DNA of 64,000 bases from a bacterium (GCA_023261545.1 JAHFOS010000002.1:62590-126589); one strand, 5' to 3'. Shown: positions 54,865 through 64,000, numbered from the stretch's first letter. The notes: a model not told the origin generated them from the letters alone. Program-made: numbers and translations.

Positions 54865-55947
54865 TTAACCCGCGAAGGCCTCGAACAGGGCGGCGCCGGC
54901 TTCGCCGTTTTCCGCTTCTAAAATTGCGAGGCCCCAGCGTTTGCGCTGGCGGCGCAGGGCGAAAAGCAATTCTGCCGCGAGTACCGCGCCCGCCGCGCCT
55001 GGGCAGAAACCCCAGGCCAGGCAGCCGCCGCCGGGGTTGACCCGGTCTTCTTCCAGGCCGAGGGCACGGATGATTCCTAGGGCTGAGGCGGCGGTGAGCT
55101 CGCCCACTTGGAAAAGCGCCACCTCCGCAAGTTCCAGGTTGGCCTGCTTCAGGACCTCGCGGGCGGCGCTCGCCGCGGCGCCCGGGCCCGCGCGCCTGTG
55201 ACTGCCGCACAGGCGGCCCAGGGGTTTGAGGCCGGCTGCCGCCGCTTTTTCGCCCTCCATGAGCAGCAGCCAGGCCGCTCCATCGGCTCCTGGCGCGACC
55301 CGGCGCGCGCCGCCCTCCAGGTTCTCGTCGGCGGCGCAGCGCCAGGGCTTTTCTTCGAAACCGCCGGGGCGGGCGACGCGTTCCGCAGCCTCCAGGGGCA
55401 GGACACAACTGGGCGCCACGCCCGCTTGCGCGCGCGCGCGGCTCAGGCTCGTTTCGCCGTAACGGGTCAACGCCTCCTCGGAGGGATTTTCGCCACCCGG
55501 GGCAGCGCGCAGGAAGGGCGGGAGATAGATGTCCGGCTCCACCGCGGTGATGCGGGGGTGCGGCCCGGCCGGGCGCGCGCGGCTCAGGGACTCGGCCCCG
55601 CCGGCGAGCACGCAAGCCGACTCGCCGAGAGCAATGCGACCGTGCGCCCATACCAGGGCCTCGAAGCTCGACAGTCCCATGCGATTTATTCCCAGGACGG
55701 GAAGTCCGCCCGGCAGGCCGGCGATGCGCGCGGCGGCGCCGGCGGCGGAAAGCACCGGCGCGCTCTCATGGAAAACCCCGCCACAGACGACCTCGTCAAC
55801 CGCCATCCCAACTGGCAAACCGTGTTCGAGAAGCTGGCGCGCGAGCCGACCCGCGATTTCTTCAGGGCGCATCCAGCGCAAGGCCCCGCCCACCCTTGCC
55901 AGGGGACTGCGCGCGGCGGCGGCGATGACGGGAATAAGGAGGCTCAT
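54865..55947 (-). CDS. Thiolase-family (acetyl-CoA acyltransferase-like) protein, highly divergent and very GC-rich
   Basis: MSLLIPVIAAAARSPLARVGG (thiolase N-terminal). C-terminal VNPGGGCLAWGFCPGAAG matches thiolase NxxGGxxAxGHPxGAxG. ATGA overlap with the upstream FadB-like gene. Confidence 0.65.
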   Translation of the reverse strand: MSLLIPVIAAAARSPLARVGGALRWMRPEEIAGRLARQLLEHGLPVGMAVDEVVCGGVFHESAPVLSAAGAAARIAGLPGGLPVLGINRMGLSSFEALVWAHGRIALGESACVLAGGAESLSRARPAGPHPRITAVEPDIYLPPFLRAAPGGENPSEEALTRYGETSLSRARAQAGVAPSCVLPLEAAERVARPGGFEEKPWRCAADENLEGGARRVAPGADGAAWLLLMEGEKAAAAGLKPLGRLCGSHRRAGPGAAASAAREVLKQANLELAEVALFQVGELTAASALGIIRALGLEEDRVNPGGGCLAWGFCPGAAGAVLAAELLFALRRQRKRWGLAILEAENGEAGAALFEAFAG

Positions 55948-58133
55948 GAATGAAAAAGCTCCGGGGCGCGCAACACTTGCTCTAGCCGCGCCTGAATCTC
56001 CGGCATGCCCAGCAGCGCCAGGAACGCTTCCTGTTCGAGTTCCAGCATGTGTTCCGGTCGTACCCTGCCGGGTCGGGTCAGTTGCCCGCCGCAAAGCACG
56101 CCGGCCAGGGCCCGGGCCACGGCTTGCTGGACGTGATCCCAGCCCTTCTCCTTGGCGCGGCGGTGGAAGTGCTGGGCGAGCAAGGCCCCACCTTCCTCCC
56201 CCGGCACTTCCAGGGAAAGGATTTCCAAGGGCGGACGCCAGCCCCGCTCCGCCAGACGCAGGGCGTCCTGCTTGGCCTCCAAAATGCGCCGCGTGGCCAC
56301 GCGGTTCAGGGTGTCCGTGGGATTGAGCCAACCGCGGCGGCAGGCGAGCGTCATCCCTGTCTGCAAGCGGCTGTGCAGCACATCCTCCGCGTAGGGGATC
56401 ATGCGCTCCGCGGCACCGGCAAGCCCCACGCCGTAAACGCGCCGGGCCAGTTCCTTGAGCCCACCTCCCGCCGGGATGAGGCCATAAGCCGCCTCGTCGA
56501 AACCCAGGGCCAAGGTTTCGCCGGCCTGCACCAGGGAACAATGCCAGGCCAACTCCAGACCCGCCCCCACCACGCGGCCGCGCGCCGCGCACACCACCGG
56601 CAGGGGAAACGATTGGATCATGGTATGGAGCTGAACGCGCGAGCGCAGATAAGAGCGGACCTCCTCGAAGCGGCGCGCGCGCGCCAGGGCCAGGAAGGGC
56701 CGCCAATCCTGCCCGGCCAGGAAATGCTGGCCCTGGGTGCCGAGGACCAGCCCCGCGCCCTCCTCCTGGACGCGCCTCAAGGTCTGGTGCAGCGCCTCCA
56801 GCAAGGGCGGCGTGACCATGGGCTCCATGATCTCAAAAAGAAAGATGCCAGCGCCGAGGTCCCAGAGGCGCGCGCCGCGCCCGGACTCCAGGGGCGGCCC
56901 GTGGCGCTCGAGTTCGCGCGGCTCCAGTCCTCCCGAGCGCGGCTCGGGCGGCGTGCCTGGGCTGACATCCCCGCGCCGGGACGGCCCTTCGCCGTCCGGC
57001 ATCCGCAGCCGGTCGCGCACCTGATCCGCGCCGATGCGTTCGAAAAGCTCGCGGGGGCCGAGGCTGAAGCCGGCGCCCACCCGCGCCACGGTGTCGAGAT
57101 CCTCGTCATGGAAAAAGTGCGCGTCGCGATGGCGCGCGGCGCAGGCGAGGTACGCGGCGAGCAGCCGCCGGGCGACGGCCCCGGCCCGCCCCTCATCGCC
57201 GAGCGCGCGCCGCCAGCGATCCTCCCCCGGTCCTACCGCGAGCCAGGCGCCCACTTCCTGGACCATGCGGCCGCGCGCCGCCGGGGCATACGCTCCCGTG
57301 GCGGGCCGGAAGACCTGAAGGCCCGCCAGTGTGCGGCGATACACCCCGGTCCCGCGCCCCTCCGCGCCCTCGCGGTCCGCGATGCGGCGCAACAGGGGGG
57401 GGGCTTCCCGACCCGCCAGCGCAAAAAACTCCCGCGCGCCGGCGAGCCCCAAAAGGTCCGCGCGGCCAAGGATTCCCCCCTCGCGTCCGAAAAGTCCGAA
57501 GCACAGGAAGTCTATGTCCTCGGCCTGCAGACCTTCCTCCATCATCCCCAGCCCGATTTCCAGCATTTCCGCTTCCAGGAGATCGGTAAAACCGCAAGCC
57601 GCGTCGCGGGTGGGGATCAGCGTGAGGCCGAGGACGGGCTCCAGGAGTTCTTCCAGGCGCCGGGGCAACGGGCTGGACTCCGTCACGAATTCCGCGCAAG
57701 GACGCAGGGCCAAACGCCGGGGAAGATGGATGCGCTGGAAGTTGGCGCGCCGCGCCTCCGGCAGCAGCTCAGCCAGCGACTGTCCAGACACCCCGAGCCG
57801 CACGCCCACCAGGTAGGTGGTCTCGGAAGCTTGCTGACCCAGCAGCGCGTAGAGTTCCTGGACCGGAGGCAGATCGGAGGAACCCGTGTCGAAAATAACG
57901 TCAGCGTAACCGAGGAGTTCGCCACTCAGCGGGCCGGCTTGGATGAGGCCCAGCGCTTCCGGAGCGCCCAGCGCCCCCGCGGTGGCGAGCCGGACTCTGG
58001 CCGCGGCGGCCTCCTTGGCGCCACGGCCATCTAGGAGCACGCAGGGAACGCCCGCGGCGGCCAGCAGGCCGGTGAGTTCCAGCGCGCGCTCCCCGGTGCC
58101 GAGCACGGCCGCCCTGCTGCGCGGGGGAGGCAT
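55944..58133 (-). CDS. Fused 3-hydroxyacyl-CoA dehydrogenase-like and enoyl-CoA hydratase (crotonase)-like protein, FadB/FadJ-like with reversed domain order
   Basis: N-terminal Rossmann-like AAVLGTGERALELTGLLAAAGVPCVLLD. C-terminal crotonase-like VVCAARGRVVGAGLELAWHCSLV...AAYGLIPAGGG. Extreme Ala/Arg/Gly content. Confidence 0.6.
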   Translation of the reverse strand: MPPPRSRAAVLGTGERALELTGLLAAAGVPCVLLDGRGAKEAAAARVRLATAGALGAPEALGLIQAGPLSGELLGYADVIFDTGSSDLPPVQELYALLGQQASETTYLVGVRLGVSGQSLAELLPEARRANFQRIHLPRRLALRPCAEFVTESSPLPRRLEELLEPVLGLTLIPTRDAACGFTDLLEAEMLEIGLGMMEEGLQAEDIDFLCFGLFGREGGILGRADLLGLAGAREFFALAGREAPPLLRRIADREGAEGRGTGVYRRTLAGLQVFRPATGAYAPAARGRMVQEVGAWLAVGPGEDRWRRALGDEGRAGAVARRLLAAYLACAARHRDAHFFHDEDLDTVARVGAGFSLGPRELFERIGADQVRDRLRMPDGEGPSRRGDVSPGTPPEPRSGGLEPRELERHGPPLESGRGARLWDLGAGIFLFEIMEPMVTPPLLEALHQTLRRVQEEGAGLVLGTQGQHFLAGQDWRPFLALARARRFEEVRSYLRSRVQLHTMIQSFPLPVVCAARGRVVGAGLELAWHCSLVQAGETLALGFDEAAYGLIPAGGGLKELARRVYGVGLAGAAERMIPYAEDVLHSRLQTGMTLACRRGWLNPTDTLNRVATRRILEAKQDALRLAERGWRPPLEILSLEVPGEEGGALLAQHFHRRAKEKGWDHVQQAVARALAGVLCGGQLTRPGRVRPEHMLELEQEAFLALLGMPEIQARLEQVLRAPELFHS

Positions 58134-58137
58134 GGCC

Positions 58138-58551
58138 TCAGCGCTCGGCGTGGCGCCGGCCCTGGGTAGATTCGGACGGCATGGGGGACTCCATCAAAAA
58201 AGGATAGATGGAACGCGCGGGACCCGTCACTCCTTTGGGCAGCCAGGGAAGGTGCTCAAAGTGTTCTGAACTCCACCCGTTCCAGATTTCGGGGCTGTGG
58301 TCCGCCAAGCGCACGGCCGACTTGTAGTGATGAGGCCCAGGCAGGTGCAGCCAGCCGATCCAGGCCGGTTTATAGGGCTCGTCCACCTTGGGGGGGACGG
58401 GAATAGCCGCCACCGGTTTGTCCGCCCCCGTTGGCAAGCCCTGCTCAGCGGCGGGTTGGGCACCAACGGGCGCGGGCGCTTTCTCCTCGGCGTGGCTGCT
58501 GGCGAGCAACAGGGAGATACAGGAGAGGATCGTCAGGGATGATTTCATCAT
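58138..58551 (-). CDS. Hypothetical small secreted protein
   Basis: Signal peptide MMKSSLTILSCISLLLASSHA; co-directional and tightly spaced within the beta-oxidation-like operon. Confidence 0.45.
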   Translation of the reverse strand: MMKSSLTILSCISLLLASSHAEEKAPAPVGAQPAAEQGLPTGADKPVAAIPVPPKVDEPYKPAWIGWLHLPGPHHYKSAVRLADHSPEIWNGWSSEHFEHLPWLPKGVTGPARSIYPFLMESPMPSESTQGRRHAER

Positions 58552-59915
58552 GGGGATAACGAGTTGATGAAGCGCGTGAAGCCCGCCGCATTGTCGCTGC
58601 CGCGGATGAAGGCGCTGTAGTTGGCGTCAGGGAGAATAATGGCCGTGCCACTGGGATAAAAATACTCGGCGCTGCCGTTCTTGAGCAGCAGGTTGCGGCC
58701 CTTCGACAAAAAGAAATAATTGATGCCCAGATAGGACTTCTGATCGAGCGTGTCGATCACCCGCGTCCTGATCTTGCTCGTGCTGTAGAGGATGCCGAGC
58801 GGGTCACCGGTGCGCGCGAAGGAGGCGAACTGGAAGTAAACCGAGAGACCCACCGTTTCCTCGGGACCCACGGTGATGGCGTTCCCGCCCGCCGCCAGGG
58901 GTTCGGCGATTTTTTTCTCGCAAAATTCCAGAAGTTTTTGGGCGCGGGCAGAGTTGACTTTGTAAAGGGCTGGACCTAAGCCGGGAATTTCAGTTTCGCT
59001 CAGATATTGGGCGACGGCCGTAACGAAGGTGGTCTCCCAGTCAATGAGCACGGGCTTTCCCGAAAACATCTCCGCGGGCGTGACATAGCAACTGAGCACG
59101 TAGTTGAAAGGCAGGCCCGACTGGACCACCACCACCAGGGCGGGCGCGGAGGTCGTGACCTCGGAAGCCTCGAAGAACTGGCTCAACGGCTGATCCTCCG
59201 ACGCCAGGGTGGTGCTGATGATCTGGTAGGCCTCTTTGCCGGGGCCGGCGGCGTAAACCGCCGCAGAAGGAAGGTTGGGAGGATCCTGCAGCGGCAAGCC
59301 CTTGGGCACGTTGGGGATGCCCCGGTAATCTATGTAGCCTTGCACGGGAATGGTTTCCGAGCTCGTGTCCACGTTGAGCCCGATGGGCACTTTGAGCGAG
59401 GTGATGGGCGTGCCATCGAGCAGCACCTTTTGACCGCGCAGCGCGAGCTTGCTCCTGACGCCACTGTAATAGACGACCTCGCGCCGGCTCTGGCGCGCCG
59501 CCTTGGATCCAAAATTCCTGCCGAGCTGCACGATGAGGGAGAGGTTCTCGCCGGCTTCAGTGGAGATCAGCGTGAAGCGCCGCGAGGACGTTTCCAAGGG
59601 ATACGGCGGCGTGGCGGAGCGTTTGAGCGGATGGAGGATCTCGGCCACCACCCGTCCGCCCAGGACATCGAGCAGGCGCGCGCGCGCATGGGTGCACTCC
59701 CGGGGATCTTCGCGGTCGAACTGGTCGGAAAAAATGACGAGCGGCTGATCCTCGGGAATAGTAGCGAGCTTGGCCCGCCCCGTGTCCTGAACCAGGGTGA
59801 TCCCAATCTCATAGCTCAGGGGGTCGGCGGGGGGACTGCCACTCGAACCCGAACACTGGATGGCCAGCGCGGGCAGCAGCAGCAGGGCAACGACGATGAC
59901 GAGGCGCCGGAGCAT
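58548..59915 (-). CDS. Hypothetical secreted protein or lipoprotein (455 aa)
   Basis: MLRRLVIVVALLLLPALAIQCSGSS is a signal peptide with a lipobox-like AIQC. Confidence 0.5.
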   Translation of the reverse strand: MLRRLVIVVALLLLPALAIQCSGSSGSPPADPLSYEIGITLVQDTGRAKLATIPEDQPLVIFSDQFDREDPRECTHARARLLDVLGGRVVAEILHPLKRSATPPYPLETSSRRFTLISTEAGENLSLIVQLGRNFGSKAARQSRREVVYYSGVRSKLALRGQKVLLDGTPITSLKVPIGLNVDTSSETIPVQGYIDYRGIPNVPKGLPLQDPPNLPSAAVYAAGPGKEAYQIISTTLASEDQPLSQFFEASEVTTSAPALVVVVQSGLPFNYVLSCYVTPAEMFSGKPVLIDWETTFVTAVAQYLSETEIPGLGPALYKVNSARAQKLLEFCEKKIAEPLAAGGNAITVGPEETVGLSVYFQFASFARTGDPLGILYSTSKIRTRVIDTLDQKSYLGINYFFLSKGRNLLLKNGSAEYFYPSGTAIILPDANYSAFIRGSDNAAGFTRFINSLSP

Positions 59916-59918
59916 GAC

Positions 59919-60443
59919 TCAGAACTCTATGGTCAGGGGCGTTTCTGGCGGCGGCTGCGCCGCTGCCGCCGCGGGAGGCGCGGGCTTTTTCTGCAATTGT
60001 CTGTAGTAGAGCATTCCGGAGACACCGACCACGATCAGGGTGCCGAAAAGCCAGGCCTTCTTGTTGATGTGCGTGGTCGGGAACTCCTGCGGCAACGGCA
60101 GCGGACGCTCGGGAGGAACCGCGTCCCCAGGCGGAGAAAGCCGGAAGGAGGAAAAACCCTCCAGCGGCTCCAAACCCTTTTTGGGCGGGCGCTTCTCCAG
60201 CGCCTTGTCGAGTGCCGCGAGCCGATTTTCCACTTCGCTGAGGAACTCCCCCTGGACTTTGGGGTCGCGGAACAGCCTCTCATAGTAGGACCTGGCGGAG
60301 TCCATGTACCCCAGATCCTCAAGCTGCCGGGCCAGATCGAAGAGCTGTTTTGCATCCATCTCCGCCGCTGACAGCGGCGCGCGGGACATCAGCAACGGTC
60401 CCGCCACGACCAGCAGAAGAAAGAGCCTCCAGGCACCTACCAT
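59919..60443 (-). CDS. Hypothetical protein with a signal peptide, a helical (TPR-like) segment and a C-terminal transmembrane anchor
   Basis: Signal MVGAWRLFLLLVVAGPLLMS; helical segment YYERLFRDPKVQGEF; transmembrane LFGTLIVVGVSGMLYY. Confidence 0.45.
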   Translation of the reverse strand: MVGAWRLFLLLVVAGPLLMSRAPLSAAEMDAKQLFDLARQLEDLGYMDSARSYYERLFRDPKVQGEFLSEVENRLAALDKALEKRPPKKGLEPLEGFSSFRLSPPGDAVPPERPLPLPQEFPTTHINKKAWLFGTLIVVGVSGMLYYRQLQKKPAPPAAAAAQPPPETPLTIEF

Positions 60444-60452
60444 TCTTCGATT

Positions 60453-62843
60453 TTATCCCAGCCGGGAAAGCTGCGAGAGAACCAGGATCGTCAACAGCGT
60501 GAAAAGGGCCAGCGCCCCCCAGGCGAGGATGCGTCCGGCGCGGCGCAGCCGTGATGATTGACGCACGAGGTACAGGATTTCGCTTTCGGTGGTCTCACGT
60601 GCGGTGGCGGCGACGCTGGGGATGTGCCCCTCAGCTTCCGCAGGCTTGGCCTTTCTCCCTTCACTTGTCCCATCACCCATCTTCCCCTCAAAAGAAAACG
60701 GACGGGGTGAAAAGACCGGCGCCGCGGCCATGGGCAATTCACGCGCGGCGACCGTTGCCTGGGTCGCCATCTCAGGGCCGACGGCAGCGCCGGACATCTC
60801 GGGTTCCCCCCTCCCGGGTAAGCGTTCGGCGCTAGAAATCGCTGTTCCCCCGCTCCCTTCGGGAGAGGGATGGGGTGAGGATCTTGGCGCAGGTTGGGGC
60901 AAAGTGGAAGCGCTGCTCTCCCGATCTTTCTCCTCGTCAGCCCCTCGCCTAGAGCCTGACTCAAAATTTTTCCCACCAGCGGCGCCCTCCGCAAAAAGGT
61001 GGTCGGGAAAAAGGCTCCCCGTATCGCTAGCGCGAAATCCACGGAAGGGATCTCCGGCACGTGGAAAGAGGTCGTCTGGCGTGGCCGCGAAGTCTGTATC
61101 CACCTCAGCGCCGAGCTCCGCGGCCTTTTCTGTCTCACCCGCTTCCGAGGCGAAGGCGCGCTGAGAACCTTCGTCCTCCTCCCGCGGAGCCTCTTCGGCA
61201 AACTCAGCTTCCTCGCCCGCCGGGGCCGCCGCGGGCGGCTCTTCGCCAGGAAAGAAAATATCGGAGGTGGAATAGGGGAGGCTCGTGGCCTGCGATGCCT
61301 CTGCTCCCCCTCTCCCAGGTTCCACAGCTTCGTCCGACGCCGCTGTTCTCCCTTTGCCAGGTTGGAGAGCGTCGCTAGACACCTCTGTTCCCCCTCTGCC
61401 TTCGGGAGCGGGACGGGGTGAGGGTCTTGGAGAGGGCTGGAGCGAGGATTCTGGAGAAGGCAGGGCCGAGGTCTCATGGAAACTCTCTGAGGTCTCGTGG
61501 TTCCCCTCGTTGTGCGGGACGACCTCCCCTGCCTCATGGCCCTCCCGCGAAGCCGGCGGCAGCTCCTCACCCAATGGCACCGCAGCGATCTCGACCCTCG
61601 GCGGAACAGGCAGCTCCGCTCCCGCCTCCGGCAACGCCGGCGCTTCGATGGCTGGCGGCAGCAGGCGCCGCGCGGCCTCTTCGTCAAGGAAGGCCGCGGT
61701 CTTCTTCGCCGCCTCCGCTTTTTCCAGGTCGTTCAGGCGCTTCAAAAGCAGCGTGGAATCCCAATAGATGCGCTCCGGCTCGGGCTCCGCCGTTGCCGCA
61801 GCTTCGCTCTCGACGGCGGGGCGTGCCTCGGCCAGGCGGCGCTCGCGCTCCGCTTTCCAGGCCTCGTCCTCGCAAATGAACGGGATGTCAGTTCCCGTGC
61901 AGGCCGGCCTCGGCCAAGGCAGCAAACGCGGTTCCCCTGCTTGCGGCTCGCCGATCTTCTTGAGTACTTGCTCCAGTTGATCGAGTTGCATGGAGCCGTC
62001 GCTCAACGCCGCGAGCCCCGAACGGCAGACTTGGCGCAGGCGATGTTCAGCTCCGGGGTCGGAGGCCGCGGCGCAGATGAAACCTTCCCGCGGACGCGCC
62101 TCGATGATGAGCAAGAGGTTCGGATGGCCACACCCCGTATAGAGATCGAGGAACCCGAGCCGCAAGGCCGCAATCTCCCGTTCGTTGAGCCCCGACCACC
62201 GCCACACCAGCCAATCGCCGTGCTGCTCCGCGGTTTTCTGGCCGCCCGTTGGCGCCGCGGGCGGTCGAAAGTCCCCGAGGATGATATGCAGTAGCCTCAA
62301 CAACGGAGCATCCCGGAGCGCAAAGGGGTAAAGGTTCAGGAAGGCCGTGAGCGCGCCCGCCAGACTTGGCGCCGGCTTGCCGCTGTGGGAGGGGAGCTCG
62401 CGGCCCAGGTTCCAGGCGAGTTCCCCGAGTCCCCCAAGCAAGGGCGTCTTGTGGAACCATTCGGCGAAGCGCTTGGTGCCTTCGGAACTGGTCCAGTCCA
62501 GGATCTGGATGACGTCGCAGCCGAGCATGAAATCCTCCAGTCCGGGGTAGTGTTCCTTCGCCCGGCCCACGCCCCATAGCCACACCCAGTCCGGCCGCGC
62601 GACGATATCGAAAGTCCCCTGCGTGGGCGTCAGCCAGCAGCCCCGTCCCCATTCCTCGGGCCAGGACTCGTTGCCCTGGGTCGGCGCCAGCACCTGCGCC
62701 TGCTGGCCGCTGCGAGCCAGGGTCTCGGCGAGGTAACAAGCGCTGCCCGCGGCCACGGCATCGAAGCGCGCGGGCGGAACGATGAGGTGGCGCGGCGCCT
62801 TCAGCCTTTCGACGAGATCGATGAAATGCAGCCGCCCCGCCAT
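60453..62843 (-). CDS. Hypothetical membrane-anchored protein (796 aa): N-terminal globular domain, long acidic/Pro-rich disordered linker with internal repeats derived from palindromic DNA repeat elements, and a C-terminal TM helix
   Basis: Long ORF. Linker repeats LQPSPRPSPRPAPEGRGGTEVSS and LPQPAPRSSPHPSPEGSGGTAISS are encoded by copies of the CTCCC(T/G)TCGGGAG repeat. C-terminal ILAWGALALFTLLTILVLSQL. Confidence 0.55.
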   Translation of the reverse strand: MAGRLHFIDLVERLKAPRHLIVPPARFDAVAAGSACYLAETLARSGQQAQVLAPTQGNESWPEEWGRGCWLTPTQGTFDIVARPDWVWLWGVGRAKEHYPGLEDFMLGCDVIQILDWTSSEGTKRFAEWFHKTPLLGGLGELAWNLGRELPSHSGKPAPSLAGALTAFLNLYPFALRDAPLLRLLHIILGDFRPPAAPTGGQKTAEQHGDWLVWRWSGLNEREIAALRLGFLDLYTGCGHPNLLLIIEARPREGFICAAASDPGAEHRLRQVCRSGLAALSDGSMQLDQLEQVLKKIGEPQAGEPRLLPWPRPACTGTDIPFICEDEAWKAERERRLAEARPAVESEAAATAEPEPERIYWDSTLLLKRLNDLEKAEAAKKTAAFLDEEAARRLLPPAIEAPALPEAGAELPVPPRVEIAAVPLGEELPPASREGHEAGEVVPHNEGNHETSESFHETSALPSPESSLQPSPRPSPRPAPEGRGGTEVSSDALQPGKGRTAASDEAVEPGRGGAEASQATSLPYSTSDIFFPGEEPPAAAPAGEEAEFAEEAPREEDEGSQRAFASEAGETEKAAELGAEVDTDFAATPDDLFPRAGDPFRGFRASDTGSLFPDHLFAEGAAGGKNFESGSRRGADEEKDRESSASTLPQPAPRSSPHPSPEGSGGTAISSAERLPGRGEPEMSGAAVGPEMATQATVAARELPMAAAPVFSPRPFSFEGKMGDGTSEGRKAKPAEAEGHIPSVAATARETTESEILYLVRQSSRLRRAGRILAWGALALFTLLTILVLSQLSRLG

Positions 62844-62930
62844 GGATCTAAAAGCCGGCCATTGTGGGACATGCCGGGCCGGTGCAAACCCGGCTCGTCA
62901 GCGTTTATTTGACGACTTCCGCCAAAAAAG

Positions 62931-63181
62931 GCTCACCCGAATAATGCGTACCTTTCTAGAATTTTCACGCCGGTGCCTGGTCGAGCAAGACCGGAACCAA
63001 ATTTAGCTGCCAGGGGGATTTTCCACAGATTGCACAGATTAACACAGATAATAATCACGCAGGACCGTCTTTTTTAATCAGTGCAAATCCGTGTAATCTG
63101 TGGATGCTCCCGAGTTTGGAGCACTGAGGAGCAAGAAAAATAGGGAAGACACTGCCGAAGTACGCATTATTCGGATGAGCC
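62931..63181. mobile_element. MITE-like element, copy 2 (~250 bp), with an 8-bp target-site duplication CAAAAAAG, inserted upstream of / overlapping the 5' end of the ECF sigma factor ORF
   Basis: Left end GCTCACCCGAATAATGCGTAC, right end GTACGCATTATTCGGATGAGCC. Flanking direct repeats CAAAAAAG at 62923-62930 and 63183-63190. The internal sequence is near-identical to copy 1. Confidence 0.6.
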
Positions 63182-63382
63182 TCAAAAAAGCCTCGCGCGC
63201 TCGGAACGCCATGGCCTGGACGGAGACTCCTGGTAAAATGCCTGAAGATGAAGGCGCCATGACCCCGGTCGTAGAAGAAGAAATCGCGGCTCCCTCTTTA
63301 CCCCCCATTTTGGAGGGGTTATCCCCTGTTTTAGGGGAGGTGGGGGACGAACTCCTAGCCGGGGCCGAACTCTGCGCCGCCA

Positions 63383-63933
63383 TGGATCTGGAGTCGGCCT
63401 GGTTGTCCGGCCTCAAGTCCAAGAGCCTGGGGGCCTTGGACGCCGTGGCGTCCCACTACGAGGAGCACCTGCGCCGCGCCGCCTACCTCTACATGGGCGA
63501 CCGGCACGCCGCCGAAGACGCGGTCCAGGAGACCTTGATCGCCGCTTTCGAAGGGGCGCACCGCACGCGCCCGGGAGCGCGCCTACGCCCCTGGCTTTTC
63601 GCCATCCTCTTCAACCAGTGCCGCAAATACTGGCAGAAAGAGACGCGGCGGCGCAAGCGCGAGACCCGGGCGGTGGCCGAGCGCGGCGAGGCGGTGGATC
63701 CGGGAATCTCAGACACGGGCCGGGAACGCCTGGATCGTCTGCAACGCGCGCTGCTCAAACTCGAAGGCGAACACCGCGAGGTGGTGATCCTCAAATACGA
63801 GCGCGGGCTGCAGCAGCATGAAATCGCCGCAATCCTCGGCGTGGCCGAGGGCACGGTGAAAAGCCGCATCTCGCGGGCCTTGGCGAAACTCAGGGAGTGG
63901 ATGAAGGCGGAGGAGAACGATGGAAGAGAATAG
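63383..63933 (+). CDS. ECF (sigma-70 family group 4) RNA polymerase sigma factor. Possible longer N-terminal extension starting at ATG 63175 inside the MITE terminal repeat
   Basis: Region 2: EEHLRRAAYLYMGDRHAAEDAVQETLIAAF...WLFAILFNQCR. Region 4: HREVVILKYERGLQQHEIAAILGVAEGTVKSRISRALAKLRE. Confidence 0.8.
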
Positions 63934-64000
63934 CGATTTCGAGCGCCAGCTCGCGGCGGGCCTCTCCGGCCTCGCGGACCGTGCCGGCGGGGGAAGCGCG
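63920..64000 (+). CDS. Partial ORF (5' end only); probable anti-sigma factor, overlapping the sigma factor stop
   Basis: ATG 63920 gives MEENSDFERQLAAGLSGLADRAGGGSA... and continues off-window. Assignment is by position downstream of the ECF sigma only. Confidence 0.35.
   Translation, partial: MEENSDFERQLAAGLSGLADRAGGGSA

Noticed and set aside
54865-58133. Numerous overlapping plus- and minus-strand ORFs of 60-280 aa (for example 55108-55953 plus, 56049-58034 plus, 57193-57699 minus)
   Set aside because: These are artefacts of more than 72% GC, where stop codons are rare in all frames. Only the frames carrying the thiolase and FadB-like motifs are credible
60491-61687. 398-aa minus-strand ORF and several plus-strand ORFs inside the 796-aa gene
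   Set aside because: Alternative-frame readings of the Pro/Ala/Glu-rich linker region. The long 60453-62843 frame has a globular N-terminal domain and a C-terminal TM helix and is preferred
1-64000. Search for rRNA, tRNA and CRISPR arrays
   Set aside because: No 16S/23S-like conserved stretches, no tRNA T-loop/acceptor-stem signatures, and no repeat-spacer arrays were seen. The only tandem repeats are the 15-bp array at 29213 and the coding repeats in the first gene

Overview
High-GC (~65-70%) bacterial chromosomal window, with a Verrucomicrobia/Planctomycetes-like protein repertoire (PKD/K319L-like domains, thrombospondin type-3 repeats, many secreted glycoside hydrolases). No rRNA, tRNA or CRISPR array was seen. 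Housekeeping genes are recognisable: recA, thrC, accA, rlmH, sucC, sucD, kdsA, moeA, moaD, nnr, a zinc-dependent alcohol dehydrogenase, an SDR reductase, two tandem enolase-superfamily dehydratases, and a thiolase plus FadB-like beta-oxidation pair. Interleaved are accessory features. A giant modular glycoside hydrolase with four tandem CBM-like modules runs off the 5' edge of the window on the minus strand. A frameshifted ~1066-aa secreted protein is split at a T-run. A low-GC island carries a Dam-family methyltransferase with a small PD-(D/E)xK-like nuclease, bordered by a ~255-bp MITE; the MITE has terminal inverted repeats and 8-bp target-site duplications, and a second copy sits in the promoter region of an ECF sigma factor. 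Toxin-antitoxin loci include higBA, an Unstab-antitoxin/ParE-like pair with a nonsense-inactivated toxin, and a DUF4258/YgiT-zinc-finger pair. Three full paralogs plus one fragment of AAA_14/DUF4143 ATPases are present. Two families of small palindromic repeat elements occur, one of them translated inside coding sequence. A 15-bp G-rich tandem repeat lies upstream of recA. Three candidate uncharacterised systems stand out. (i) A minus-strand operon encodes a double-AAA+ ATPase, a low-GC PD-(D/E)xK-like protein and a degenerate 2H-like protein (52269-54473, 51101-52216, 50473-51096); the gene order resembles McrBC. (ii) A WYL-domain regulator sits beside two unknown proteins with a long palindromic operator, and a paralogous C-terminal fragment of one of them lies beside system (i). 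(iii) A three-gene operon encodes a 668-aa helical protein, a 121-aa protein and a 4-TM protein, next to a perfect consensus sigma70 promoter. All calls are from manual translation and motif recognition only; no database search was possible.
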